A DNA stretch of 63,434 nt, filler included, from Kipferlia bialata (GCA_003568945.1; 7 parts of 7 records of this genome joined end to end with filler, not necessarily neighbours in it); one strand, 5' to 3'. Shown: positions 37,476 through 50,989, numbered from the whole stretch's first letter. Made by a program: numbers and translations. The notes: generated by a model not told the origin, from the sequence alone.

Positions 37476-39211
37476 GACCCTCACTGCCAGGCCTCACCCA
37501 CTCCATGGTCAGCAGGGCCAAGGGCTCCAGACACACATGCGCCACCACACCAGAGCCAGTAGGTAGTCACACATGCATAATACATACTCTATGTTATCCT
37601 TTCTGAAACTGGGTATATATGCATTGTAGTTGTGATACTGAAACATTATATACTTTCATATACTGGTATACTCAGAGGAATTATCAGTACATCATGTGCA
37701 TACATCTGACTTTGGTCAAGAGTCTGTATATTTATATGACCATACTAATAATCCAGGCGACACCGTGTACCTTGGGAGCAGGTCTGTCAGTTACACAGTC
37801 CCAGGTAGGGTCTTATGTAGACCTATATAAATCATACACTTTGAAAAGCGATAATCTGTTGTACATTGTTCCAGGTAGAGTCTCGTGACAACTGAACAGT
37901 GGTTACACAATATCAACCATACACCTCTAGGTTCTCTGTTCTGGCACCCCACCCCACCCTAGGTAGCAGGGGTGAGCACTACACCGTGACTGTGATGGGC
38001 ACAGATGGGGCAGGGGTGTCCAAGCCGGTGGAGTCACTCGAGGACATGCAGGTATAGGGTTGTACCGCAGTGTATAGAAGTATAGTATCTCTGCCTGGGC
38101 TTTCTCCCTTTGGCTCTCTCTGTCTGCATGCTAACCCCCTAGATATCCTGTGAGTGTCCAGATGCAGAGAGACAGCATGCGAGATCAGTGGGGGGAAGAA
38201 CTAGGTGTATATGGATTACATACCTATAGTATTCACTGACATCGAGACTAACTGTATGCTCTCAAGTGTTGTATCTGCCTACTTGTGTATACCTCTAGTA
38301 TACTAACATCAGCGTGTGCAAGCATGCCGCTGCTGTCCTGACCCTACTGGTGGACCCAGAGGGAGACGCGGTGCAGGTGCAGATGCTGTGTAACTATATA
38401 TATATATAATATATGGCACTGTACAATGACATACACTACATCCCACCTCAGGCCCAGATCGCAGCACAGAGAGCCACCCGTCTGGCTGCCCTGCCCCAGG
38501 ATGAGAAGGCTAGGCTGGAGTATGTGCTGGATAGCCTGTCTGATAGGCAGGTTGTGGATAGACTGAAGACTTACATGCTCCAGTCCCCAGAGGCCATGGG
38601 TGCAGTCGGTGCCATATTCCCAGCAGACAAGTACAAGGGGGCTAGGGCCATGGAGTGCACCAGGTACATACATAATTTGACCATTGCGGGACATTTAGAT
38701 CAATGTATGGTTACATTTAGTGGAGAATAACCGTGTATAGTGAGAGTACTTACTGGGGTGTTACTCTCACACGTCCCAGCGGAACCGTTCCACTCACTGC
38801 AGGTGTGGTGAGGAGTATGATGACAACTACCCAACTGTGTGTCGCCAGGCACACCCCGAGGACAGCGTCTCCATCAGAACGCAGAACAGCAAGGTGTGTG
38901 TATATGTAGTTCTATAATACAATTCATTGTTCGTTCCAGTATCTGCTAGCCACCTGGCATGGTTTTGATCCATATTTGGCAATCATACGTGATATATATA
39001 TATGTCTCTAGCTCTCAATACTGAGTTAACACTATTAACGCAGGGTACCACTTTCTGCTGTGGTGTGTGTGGGGCCAAGTGGTATGAGTCCCAGATATAC
39101 AGATACGAGGAAGACGACATGGACCCCGAGGAGAGACCCGGGTACATCTGCTGGGAGGGCAAGCACACCCAGGAGCCACAGGAGGAGACAGGAAGTGAGG
39201 ATGAGGGGTGA
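37218..39211 (+). CDS. SWIM zinc-finger protein with a second C-terminal Cys/His cluster, ~9 exons
   Basis: Spliced VPGSRGEHYTVTV...ISCECPD...VCKHAAAVL (SWIM CxC-xn-CxH), then MECTR|CGEEYDDNYPTVCRQAHP...FCCGVCG...ICWEGKH...EDEG*. Confidence 0.8.
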
Positions 39212-39325
39212 TCGGGTGGATGCTATTGAGGTCAAGATGTACAAAGTATAGTCCACATGACGGTTGAGATTCAGTACTCCGATAGAGTCAGACTGACAGA
39301 TATGATGAATGTTCTATTCACTCTC

Positions 39326-41299
39326 TCACCGTCTCCTGTTCCTCCTGTCTCTCTTCCCCTTCCCCTTGCCCTTGGGTGCTGTCGTCTTGACAGGCTTCAC
39401 ATCAACCACCTCTGCCGCAGCCTCTGCCTCTCCCTCACTGTCTGTCTCTGGCACTGTCAGTGGGGGTAGGGGCATCTGCTTCCCAATCTTCACCTTAAGC
39501 TGCTTGCGCACAGTCTTCCTACGGGTGAGATAGTGACAGGGTGAGGACTCGCAATAGTGGGTATATAGAGTCACTCTTGGTATATATGATGGAGCGTAGG
39601 AACTATCTAAACAGGTAGACAACAGCAGATAAGGTACGAATGCATTACAGAGGAAACTTAATGCTGGTACAATGTCATCTTCTTACCTCTGTGACACTGT
39701 CAAGTCCCTGGATGCCAAAGCAATATACAATATACCTATACTATTTGTGATTTATGTGTGTATGTATTGACTCACGAGTATACCTCTGTGACACTGTCAA
39801 GTCCCTGGATGCCATGTCAAAGTATCTCTGCACAAGGGGCATCTTCTGGTTCCTCAGCTGGGCACAAGCCTAGCAGTGAGAGAGGTCATGCCGAACTATA
39901 CAGACCGTACCAGAGTATAGGCGATCCTATATATCCTGATAGAGACTTAGTAGCAAATGCCATGCATCCGTACCGTGAGTGCCTCCCATGCAAGGGATGA
40001 CAGTTCCACTGGGTTGGCCCCTAGATGCTGGGTGATGATGGCCTCGATGGGAACTGGGGTGAGGGACAGTGGGATATCACAGGGAGGGAGGGAGGGAGGG
40101 AGGGAGGGAGGGAGGGAGAACATCCACTCCTATAATCGAACCTAATCAAAATACATAACAATACTACTCCATCATCCAATACTGCACCTGCAGCCTTGAG
40201 CACCTCGGCTGGTGAGTCAGAGGTGGCGGTACGCAGGGTCTGAGGTGGGAGTGGTGGAAGAGTGAAAATGAACGCTGTGTACTGCACTACTGAACCATTC
40301 TCCACGATTGCGATCATTCTAAATGTGATCTGAGTGACTGTTGGTAACACGTAGAAGTATGTGACGCATGTATCATCCTCTAGGGCACCCTACCTTAAGG
40401 TTGGTCAGGGCGGCATCGCGCTCAGAGATGGCCTGGCATGAGATATATACTTGCATACCACTATATACACCCGTACCTTTGAGTCCATGGTGCACACTGG
40501 GCATGTGCAGTCAAAGTGGTACTTGGACTGAAGGGCAGCCTGGGGTGAGTGTGTGGAGAGACTCAGTAACACTATGGCACAGAGGACCCTCACCCTCCTC
40601 TCTGTGTGTGTGAGTGTCATGTCCACATAGGACACAGTCAGCTCAGTACCGCAGGGGATGGCCTCATTGGCATAGGTGCGCTGTTGAATGAGAGAGAGAT
40701 TGCTAAATATGTGATTAGATCCATATAGTTATAATAGAGAGAATGAGTACCTGCTCCAAGGTGTTTGCATCTTGCCTCAGCACACTGGACACATTGGGTA
40801 CACAGCTGGGGGTGGGATAGTATAATAACACGGTCTCCATGGGGGGGAATATATGCCTTTGGAAGGAGAGCGCACCCACCTGTGGTTGAACCTGGCCCCC
40901 ACCAGACAGACCCCGACCTGGGTGGAGTCATCCTCATCACCCACGGAGAAGCCCTGGGGGGTGAGTGTGAGTAAGGACAGAAGAAGGGGGGGGAAGAGAG
41001 ACATGCTACAACAGACAGCTGACATCAACACGTACGTTGCTCTCCATGATGCCTAGGAAGGTCTTCTCTCCCTCTCCCTCAGTGGTGTTGTCACACAGAT
41101 CCCCAAACTGACTAGAGAGTGAGTGGTTGAGTGAGTGTGGCAAATAGAGTTGAGGGTCATGTGAATACAACCGTTGAAACGCCTCTCTGAACTGCCGCAA
41201 GTCATATGGTATAAGATGCATCCCCCACCTCCTGGCTGCCTCGGCCAGTCCCTCCCACTTGACACTCTCCTTGATGGTCTCCTCAGAGGGCTGGCCGGC
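39326..41299 (-). CDS. SMYD-type SET-domain lysine methyltransferase, 5' partial
   Basis: Exons GIMESN|GFSVG...VCLVGARFNHS|CVPN...|RTYANEAIPCGTELTVSYVD...ERR|AALQSKYHFDCTCPVC contain the SET NHSCxPN and GxEL.ISY motifs and the post-SET CxCxxC. Basic tail ends RRNRRR*. Confidence 0.85.
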
Positions 41300-42339
41300 C
41301 TGAGGGTCGGACATTTACACAAGGGGGGGGGGGGGGGGGAGAACCCAAAAACACATAATCCNNNNNNNNNNNNNNNNNNNNNNNNNNNNNNNNNNNNNNN
41401 NNNNNNNNNNNNNNNNNNNNNNNNNNNNNNNNNNNNNNNNNNNNNNNNNNNNNNNNNNNNNNNNNNNNNNNNNNNNNNNNNNNNNNNNNNNNNNNNNNNN
41501 NNNNNNNNNNNNNNNNNNNNNNNNNNNNNNNNNNNNNNNNNNNNNNNNNNNNNNNNNNNNNNNNNNNNNNNNNNNNNNNNNNNNNNNNNNNNNNNNNNNN
41601 NNNNNNNNNNNNNNNNNNNNNNNNNNNNNNNNNNNNNNNNNNNNNNNNNNNNNNNNNNNNNNNNNNNNNNNNNNNNNNNNNNNNNNNNNNNNNNNNNNNN
41701 NNNNNNNNNNNNNNNNNNNNNNNNNNNNNNNNNNNNNNNNNNNNNNNNNNNNNNNNNNNNNNNNNNNNNNNNNNNNNNNNNNNNNNNNNNNNNNNNNNNN
41801 NNNNNNNNNNNNNNNNNNNNNNNNNNNNNNNNNNNNNNNNNNNNNNNNNNNNNNNNNNNNNNNNNNNNNNNNNNNNNNNNNNNNNNNNNNNNNNNNNNNN
41901 NNNNNNNNNNNNNNNNNNNNNNNNNNNNNNNNNNNNNNNNNNNNNNNNNNNNNNNNNNNNNNNNNNNNNNNNNNNNNNNNNNNNNNNNNNNNNNNNNNNN
42001 NNNNNNNNNNNNNNNNNNNNNNNNNNNNNNNNNNNNNNNNNNNNNNNNNNNNNNNNNNNNNNNNNNNNNNNNNNNNNNNNNNNNNNNNNNNNNNNNNNNN
42101 NAATTTGAAAGCCTGATCTCCCCCCCCCCCCCCCCCCCCACAACCCCCCCCACACACTGTGAAACTGCTTCCTCGAATGGATGATATACATAATGTAGTA
42201 TGCTGGAAATGCCAGACTGGAATACTGAGCTGCACAATATATTATATAGTATACATAGCAGAGATTAGTATATAGTATATATAGCAGTGACTGTGGCTCC
42301 GATTTACACATGTGGCAGGGACACACATGAGCAGAGCTT

Positions 42340-43415
42340 CTAAGTGAGGGGAGCAGGAACGCAATGCTCTGACGTTAGAGAGTTGAGATGAAATGAGATA
42401 CAGAGAGACAGAGAGACAGAGACAGCTGAGTTGATTGTAATATCATTAATGAAGAAGGAGATAGATCATCTATCATAGTCTATGACTCATAGATGGTAGT
42501 GTTACCTGACTCTGTCTCAGTAGGCCTATCTGGAGTGCCGTCTGGGGTGAGACTATATACAGAGGACAATATATATAGGACAATCAATAATTCTTGAGGA
42601 GAGGGGGGCCAGAGAATAAGACATGGGACTCAATAATAGTCAGAGACATGGCGGCAGTGACAATTGGTAATGAAGGGGGGAGGGTGTTACATGACGGTTG
42701 TCTGACTCAAACATTTGGGCAATATCGGAAGGAGAAAAGGAGCAAAGATAGAAGATTAAAATAGTATCTATAGTACCTATCGATACACTGCGGATGTGGA
42801 TATCGTACTCCTCCTTCAGCACTCGCTCCTTGTCAGCACACTGGCATGAGACACATACCATATGATTCTGATGTAACAACTATGTTGGGTGGGGGGGGGG
42901 GGGTCCTAGACTAGGACTCCTAGTTGTAATACGAGTGAGTATACAAATTGTATACTATACAGTTAATTAATCTTATATGCTCATGCCCAAGTGAAGAAAA
43001 GGCAATATACCTTCTTCACAGTGCACGTCAGGTACTCCTTCAGAGCGGTATACTCCTCCTCGTCTAGATCAAGCCCTTCCTCTGCCTCACAAGACATGAG
43101 GGCAGGGTTAACCTCTGAAAAGAACTCATTGTAGTTGCGGGAGGCTGCAACAGACACCAGCTGGTGCAGAGGCATGTAGTCACGCTGGTTCTCCCAGTCT
43201 CCATCCTCAAAGAGCAGAGCAACGCCAGTAGGGGTGTCAAAGGCATATGTGTGGCCATCCAAATGCACACCAGCGGCATCAATTGTGGCATCTCCCCACC
43301 TCCTCAGACTGACTGACAGGTCCTTAGACCTCTTCTGACCCTTCGTCAACTTCTTTCCCATCGCAGTACTGCCTATACTCATAGAAAGAGAGGCAGTGGC
43401 CCTTGGCATTGACAT
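42340..43415 (-). CDS. Hypothetical protein
   Basis: Long first exon (ORF 42981-43415, donor after CTVKK) and a plausible next exon CADKERVLKEEYDIHIRSVSI. The 3' exons are tentative and no family was recognised. Confidence 0.4.
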
Positions 43416-43430
43416 CGTATCTCTTCATAT

Positions 43431-44630
43431 ATGGCAAAAGGGTCCAAGGCAAAAGTCGGAGAGAAAACGGAGGTTCTACGGACGTACGGTCCTCTTAGCC
43501 ACATTGACCAATACCACCTTTCTCTGCTGACACCTGTTGACTGTGCTTGCTGATGGGCCTTCTGCCAGGTATGCTTCAGTGAATTTCTCCCTCTTCAATA
43601 GTATATCAGTATTGTATGTGATAGTATAAAATGCATATATATCAGACTCGAGAGGTGTCAAAGATACTATCACTGATGTGCGTCGTCTACCCCCCCCCCC
43701 TGGCTCTCTCACCCTTTCTCTCACCGTACTTCTAAAATACAAATTTCATTTTTGTAATAGCATGTGTATTATGGGTGGATTCTGCCCCCATAGAATCATA
43801 CAACACTACATAATGTGACTATATAGTATAGTATTGTACTACTATATACCCACTCCAGAGGGCACTCCCGAAGGCACCAGGTCCCGAACTGGTACTTGTT
43901 CAGGTGGCGTTACTCTCTCCTTCCCTCGTCTTCCATCTCTCTCAACAAATATATGTGTGTATCCAACCCGTATAGGTGTACGTATCTACCCAGATCATCA
44001 GATTGATACTCATCTGATTACCCTGTCTCTCTTACACACACACACGAATTCTCTCCAGCCATGCACTTCTCACTCTATGTAAATTTCTTACCTCAGGCCC
44101 CACCCACCCGTCTTCTGACCCAGCACTAGAGTACACACCGGAGACCCTCCTCGCTGAGGTCCTTGAGCAGTGGTCAATGACCCCAAAGTACTGTGGTCAA
44201 TGACAACGATGCCAATAAGCGTAGCAATATTGAGACCAATACCTCGGCCATACGTCGCGACGTAGACGAGATCCGTGCCAAGGTCGTTACTCTGCGTCAG
44301 AGAGAGGACGACTATCAGGCAAAGATTGGGTCCCTGAAGGCAAAGAATGTGGCTCTCCTGCAACATGATATGGAGGCTAGTTTCGCCCAAAGAGACGCAC
44401 GGCTCACGTCCCTTGAGAACCGCTATGAAGAACTCCGAACTGCCATGGCTGCCGACAAGGCATATAGAGAGACACTGCATCGCGACATTAGTGTCCAAGT
44501 TGGACTCCAACGTGCCCGGCATGTCGCCTTTCGCAACCATCTGGACGCTCAAAACCCTGCCCTTGCCAGGGGTAGGGACATGCTCATGGCAATGATGGCC
44601 GAGGAGTCTTCGGAAGACTCCGGTCCATAG
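43431..44630 (+). pseudogene. Coiled-coil gene copy A, apparently disrupted paralog of the gene at 44987
   Basis: Starts MAKGSKAKVGEKTEVLRTYGPLSHID, matching copy B, but reaches TGA near 43551. The last exon has a 12-bp direct repeat GTGGTCAATGAC (44170, 44193) at an apparent frame break before the coiled-coil ORF 44193-44630. Confidence 0.5.
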
Positions 44631-44986
44631 TGGACTCCATTCCAAGGAAGTGAGGAGTGTTGTAAAGAAATTGGGTGTTAGTAATACCGTGTTACTAACA
44701 CCGTGTTAGGGAGTCACACGTCTCTTATGTGGAGAGGAATAGATTCAACTCTCACAGAAGTTGATTTCATATCCCATTCACAATAGTCTACCATAGACTC
44801 TATGTATATAGATTACAAGACAACGACTGAAATGGTACCACGACTCGGGGTCCACGAGTGAGACACATCTCACTATTCACTGAATATACATGTATACATT
44901 TATCAGTGTCTGGTACTAGACAATGTCCAGTACCAGAGCCACTGGGTAGACTTGTTGGCAACAAGTTGTTGCATCTACATATACAA

Positions 44987-46411
44987 ATGGCAAAAGGGTC
45001 CCGGGCCGTAGTCGGAGAGAATTCGGAGGTTCTACGGACGTACGGTCCGCTAAGCAACATTGACCTTTACCTCCTTTCTAGGCTAAGAATTGCCAATGGG
45101 CCTTCAACCAGGTATACGTATGTGTATCTCTCTCTATATACATACATTCATAGACTTGGCCCTGCTGACTGGTGCAGTCTCTGTCAAGATGTACAGTATT
45201 CTCTAAATATGATACTCTTCCTGATACCTGTCCTCCGGCACACGGAGCCCCCCCCCCTCCCAACCTGATTCTACTTCTCTCTCCATACCTTTATAAACAT
45301 TCTTAGTAGCTTCTATCACGTACCTTCAGTCTCACTCCAGGTGGCACTCTCTATTCACAGTGTATAGATGATTACAATATATATTATCAGTAACAGTACT
45401 GACTCCAGGTGGCACTCTCTATTCACAATGTATAGATGATTACAATATATATTATCAGAAACAGTACTGACTCCAGGTGGCACAGCTGACGGAACCAGTG
45501 TCAGTAACCCTGAAAGTGGTTCAGGTGGGGGACTCCCTCTCTATCCTCCTGGATAATATCCAGAGAGTATATCCAGTGGATATACATTCATATACATACA
45601 TACTACATATATATGTGTATTATCAGCTCAGTGGCGCGGCACACGGAACAATGTCCATCACTTCACTACATACATATATTGTAGTCATATTATGAATCAT
45701 TTGATGCTGGACAGGTAATGCAATTTCTCTCTCTGCAAATACCTTTCCAGTCTCTCTCTCTCTCTCTCTCAAGAAATAGATATATAGATGCGTGCATATT
45801 ATTCACGGCATAATATGTAGTTGTGTTTACACTGCCATCCATAGGTATCCACTCTCTCACACTCTCCGTGTCTCTCTCCTCTCTACCTCCCCTCTCTTCC
45901 CTCTAATCTCAGAGCACACAGCTACCTCTACTAACGCTGCTCCCAGTGTTGTTCCTATCGCAGGTATGACAGTTCTCTCTCCCACTCACACGTTCACACT
46001 TTCTCTCCCCAGATATATGTATGCGTCTCTCTGTAATGAATTCTTCTTACCTCAGAGCACATCTCCCAGTCCTCTCGCTCTGCTCTAGACTCTGGAACAG
46101 AAAGCACACCAGAGGTCCTTGCCCACACTCTTAAGGAGACCAGAGTCTTGGGCAACGACTTGGACGAGATTCGAGCTATGAGTGCCGCTATTGATGCCAA
46201 ACAGAATGCAATGGGTCACGACTTGGAACAACTCTTTGCAAGGAGTGCCGCAGCTGATGCCCAACAGAATGCAATGGGTCATCGCTTGGACGAACTATTT
46301 GCTAGGACTGCCGCTATTGATGCCCAACAGAATGCAATGCGTGACGAGTTGGACGAGATCCGTGAATGGGTGGACGCCGCAAAGGCACATTATCAGAGAA
46401 ATGGTGAATGA
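44987..46411 (+). CDS. Coiled-coil protein copy B with three 21-aa tandem repeats
   Basis: MAKGSRAVVGENSEVLRTYGPLSNID...; the last exon carries SAAIDAKQNAMGHDLEQLFAR / SAAADAQQNAMGHRLDELFAR / TAAIDAQQNAMRDELDEIRE (63-bp unit) and stops at 46411. Internal exons are partly tentative. Confidence 0.6.
45334..45483 (+). repeat. Recent 68-bp tandem duplication of a splice acceptor (2 units + the real acceptor)
   Basis: ACTCCAG|GTGGCAC at 45334, 45402 and 45470; the two full units differ at only two positions. Confidence 0.9.
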
Positions 46412-46868
46412 CGTCAAGGAAATCAAGAGAGAGAGAAGATAGGAGTACAATAGTATCTCCTTGGAGGGGAAGTAGATTGACTACTAGGGGTAGTTGACAA
46501 CAATCAGTTGGCTAGGAGAAATAGACTCTCACAGTATCCGGTCATTGCCTAGTACTAGCATGTCAACACCTGAGGCAAGGAGGCGCTCAGAGCGGCAGTC
46601 GGACCTGTTTCATATTCAGCCGTATCATACACTATGTGTATATGACAGTGATACACTATGTGTATATGACAGTGCCTAAAGCCTTAATAGAAGAGTAAAT
46701 ATATACTGAGTGGGCCAGAGTCCTAGACTGAGAGAAGTGGAGAAGGAGAGTCTCTACCCTCTACTGGAGGGGGCATGGAATGGAATACCCCTAATACCCG
46801 ATAGCTCACATTCTCAATACCTCTTGAATTACAAAATATCTCTAAACAGGCACACAATCTATTCTGTT

Positions 46869-49800
46869 CTACCTGCGGTGGAATGCATGGTTGGCAACAG
46901 CACCAGCAACAAAGCCTGTGGCAATGCCCTCCCTTCTTCCTTCCACTCTTCCTCTAGCTACTCCTCTTGCCTCTGCTTGCCTCGCCCTGACCTCTCCCTC
47001 TACCCTTGCTTGTCTAGCCCTAACCTCACCCTCAGCTCTCCCCTGAGCCCTACCACTAACTAAACCAGTGACTATCCCCTCCACCCTGCCCTTGGTCCTG
47101 CCTACTACTATGCCTTCACCCCTGGCTGTGGCCAGCCTGAGTCCAATGTCAGTCTGCAGGCCTGGGGTTAGTGTTGTAATGAATTGTATAAAAATATATA
47201 CGCCAATGTCAGTCTGGAGGTCTAGGGCTAGGAACATCCGATATTGTATATTAGTAAATATATAGGTATATACAGTACTATTTTTAGCAATACTGGCCTT
47301 GTCTACCAGTCCTCAGGTCCTACCCCACACCACCACAGATATATCAATTACTATTCATAACACAATAGTCATGCTTGGTATAATCTTACCTAAGTTGGTT
47401 CTTAAGTCCTGCCCCACATCCCCTGGCTTTGCCCCCACCCTATGGAGGGCAGGGAGGAAGGCAGAGAAGAGATCAGTGGTCTGGGCCTAAGGTCAGAAGA
47501 GGTATATATGTATATATGTATACGTATATATTGTAACACATCTATGCAAGGCAGGGAGGAAGGCAGAGAACAGGTCGGTGGTCTGGGCCTGAGGGGTGAG
47601 TGTATAGTTAGTGTAAGTTTACTTATGAATATTTATCTGTATAGGTATATATATATATATCAACCCTATGGAGGGCAGGGAGGAAGGCAGAGAAGAGGTC
47701 AGTGGTCTGGGCCTAAAGGGTGAGTGTGAACAGCAACATCAGCTCTATGGTGTATATGTAGAATACATATATAGTACCAGTATCAGTAGCATACAGCTTA
47801 CATACATATATATAATATCCGGTAGTATATATACCTCCAGCCTCAGACAGTGCAGGTGGTTGAGTATCAGTGGTGCACCCGAGGGCCCAGGTATATATAC
47901 ACACATGTGTATATATAAAGAGAGATATTAATATATCAAGTGGTGTCAATACCTCTAAGCTTAGACTATGTAGGTGGTTCAGTATCAGTGCAGCACTGGA
48001 TGGCCCAGGTGCCACACTGTTCAGATAGTCACTCACTGCCCTGATGACAGTCTGGCCCTCATTCTAGTGGTAAGCACTGCTACGATATAGACATAATATA
48101 TGCATAGTATATAGTATATGTCTACGGAAAGGTCACTGACTGCCTTGATGACAGTCTGGCCCTCGCCCTAGGGGTGAGTGATACTTACATACCAAGTGAT
48201 TTATATACACACATATATATATTTGCATACACAATACGCAGAGTATATAGAGAGTATGGTCACTGACTGTCTTGATGACAGTCTGGCCCTCATTCTAGAG
48301 GTGAGTGACACTACACGCCAATATGTAGACTCAGTATACATGAGTAGGAATATATACAATAGCACTGCAGCCATACCCTCTTTCCCATATGCTGTACCGA
48401 TATGAGTGGTATCACCATCATATATACTATGTATATATATCTATATATAGTGATATGTACATTATCATACCCTCTTTCCCATGTGCTGGTCCGATATCAA
48501 GGGTATCACTAACTGGAGGGCAAGGCTGGCACGGATGAAAGACCACCTAGGGGTGAGATAATGAGTGTCACTTGTATATACTCATACAAAAGCACGATTA
48601 TACACATATGAATATATGGTGCAGGGCTAGGCTGGCACGGATGAAGGCCCACCTGAAGTGAGGTAATGTGTGACTACATAGGTATACAACTGTTATATAT
48701 ATATACATATATATATGTGGCTGGGCTAGGCTGGCACGGATGAAGGCCCACCTGGAGTGATATAGTGTGTGACTAGTGTATATATGGTACATTACACATA
48801 TGTATATAGTAAGACGTGCCTTGACCCCACGTCCAGTGGCAGCTATTGTTAGAGAGTATATAATGTAGAATATATCGACACTGTACTGTATTATAGGAGT
48901 GCTTGCCTTGACCCCACGTCTAGTGGTAGCTGCTTCACCAGGGTCACCACCCTCTGTCTGTACTTCTCACCGGCATTGACCTGGGTTTAGAGGTCAGATT
49001 GAAATATATATACATAACATAATACCCATTGTGCCAATACATCTGTGGGTACATTACACCAGCTCGGCAATATAACCAGTTGTATACCCACCTCATGTGC
49101 CAGGTCCAACAGAGAGCTCTCAGATAGATTCTCAGGTGGGGCGTCAGAGCTGAGGACACCAATGAGCCACTCGACCTACAAGTGAGCACAAAAGTATCCG
49201 TCATACATAAAAATACAGTAAACCTGAGTTTCAGTGCCGTATACCCAGCAATATGGAGATGATGGCCTCATGACGGACACAACAACTACATATCAACTTC
49301 ACATATAGATAATACACTCACTGGTTATGTATATACCTATATATTGATATAGTGTTACCTGGTTGTCTGTGCCGTATATCCCAAGGAGTATCCTACTGAT
49401 GGCCTCATGGGGTGTCTTGGCATTCTCAGCAGCTACAAGAGCACTGAGACGGTGAAGGGCTGATGCCTATAGTGAGAGGGGTAATTAGATACATGGAGAG
49501 AGAGAGGGGGGTATGATACACCAGGGCACTGAGGTTACATAATGAGAGAGAGAGAGAGAGAGATGACACCGAGGCGGTGGAGATGCCAAGAGTGAGAAGA
49601 TACTAGAGGTAGATAAGGGGATACAGAGAGAGAGATAGGGATACCTTCATTCCCTTCATCTCTGTGTATGCCTTGGCCGTGGCTATCAGTCTCTCTCTCT
49701 CCATCTCTCCCTCTCTATATATATATATATACATATACATACACATATATGTATATATATGTATATAATAATATCCTTAGATACACTTTCATCCCACTCA

Positions 49801-50071
49801 TCTGTGTCTTGGCCGTGGCTATCAGCCTCTCAGTCTCTCTGTCTCCCTCTCTCTCTCTCTATATATATATATATACATTCATTCCCCTCATCTGTGTGTA
49901 TGCCTTGGCCGTGGCTATCAGCCTCTCTGTCTCCCTCTCTCTGTCTCTCTCTCCCCCCCCCTCTCTCTCTATGTATATATACAAGCATACCTTCATCCCC
50001 CTCATCTGTGTGTATGCCTTTGCCGTGGCTATCAGCCTCTCTTTGGCATCATGGGAGGTCTCGAAGGAACG
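46869..50071 (-). CDS. Hypothetical helical protein with a C-terminal GxxxG-type repeat tail, 5' partial
   Basis: Exons SFETSHDAKERLIATAKAYTQMRGMK|ASALHRLSALVAAENAK...|VEWLIGVLSSD...|VNAGEKYRQRVVTLVKQLPLDVGS|RWSFIRASLALQ...; last exon GEGIVVGRTKGRVEG...RREGIATGFVAGAVANHAFHRR*. One internal junction phase is unresolved. Confidence 0.55.
49642..50035 (-). repeat. Donor-side exon-echo array, 4 copies
   Basis: Plus-strand TTCATcCCccTCATCTgTGT...CtTGGCCGTGGCTATCAG at ~49645, 49788, 49878 and 49992; the last is the complete exon. Confidence 0.85.
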
Positions 50072-50400
50072 TCTAAAGATAAGGGAGAAAGAGATGGGGA
50101 GCTAGATGGAGAGCTAGATGATATATTTATACTACTTCCATATAGTAGTGAGGGAAAGGTCTCGAAGGAACGTCTAAAGATAAGGGAGAGAGTGGAAGAA
50201 ATAGAAATGAAGGATAACACCAATAGAGAGAGGGTGGTGTATAGTAATGCATACAATACATTATAGAATGAGGGAGAGGTCTCGAAGGAACGCCTGTGAA
50301 AAGAGGTATTGCAACATATAATGAGTGTAGTAATAACTAATAATTAATAGTTGTAATGAGGGAGAGATCTTGAAGCCACGCCTGATAAGGAGAGAATAGG

Positions 50401-50450
<50 letters not shown>

Positions 50451-50608
50451 NNNNNNNNNNNNNNNNNNNNNNNNNNNNNNNNNNNNNNNNNNNNTTAATT
50501 AATTAANNNNNNNNNNNNNNNNNNNNNNNNNNNNNNNNNNNNNNNNNNNNAGAGAGGGGGGGTGGGGGGGGGGGGGGGGGGGGGGGGGGGGAAGGATACT
50601 ATACTAAC

Positions 50609-50989
50609 CTGACTTTGGCTGCAGCCACTGGTACTCATAGCCCCCTGTTGCATGGGTAGGGCAGATGTAGGTGTCAGGTTCCAGTCCAAAGCTGAGTGTC
50701 AGAGATATATCACGCGACTAGTCAGGGAGGCAGTGCCTCCCGGAGGCACTCGAGAGAGAGACCCACATACATCTGTGCACACACAGAACCTGGAAATACA
50801 AATCCTGGTAACATAATATCATGCTGTCAGAAAACCATGATGTCGCGTTGTAGTGTCGAAATGGATTTAGAGTGTACTAATGTAGGGCCAAACCAGCTAC
50901 CTTACATCAGCGTTGGGGCACGAGAAGGTCGATGCACTAGCAGCGAACAAGCCTAATAGCACCAGGTATATGCATACCCAGTGACGCAT
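50609..50989 (-). CDS. Putative secreted protein, first three exons, 3' truncated
   Basis: MRHWVCIYLVLLGLFAASASTFSCPNAD|VLCAQI|FGLEPDTYICPTHATGGYEYQWLQPKS: signal-peptide-like N-terminus with in-phase GT-AG junctions. Confidence 0.6.

Noticed and set aside
46627..46674. 24-bp tandem duplication ATACACTATGTGTATATGACAGTG x2
   Set aside because: Simple intergenic slippage duplicate with no splice site or other signal.
46869..47165. EG/GR repeat tail resembling Rpn-family (PD-(D/E)XK) transposase or FliH repeats
   Set aside because: No nuclease motifs in the upstream exons; the tail is low-complexity and the gene is intron-rich.
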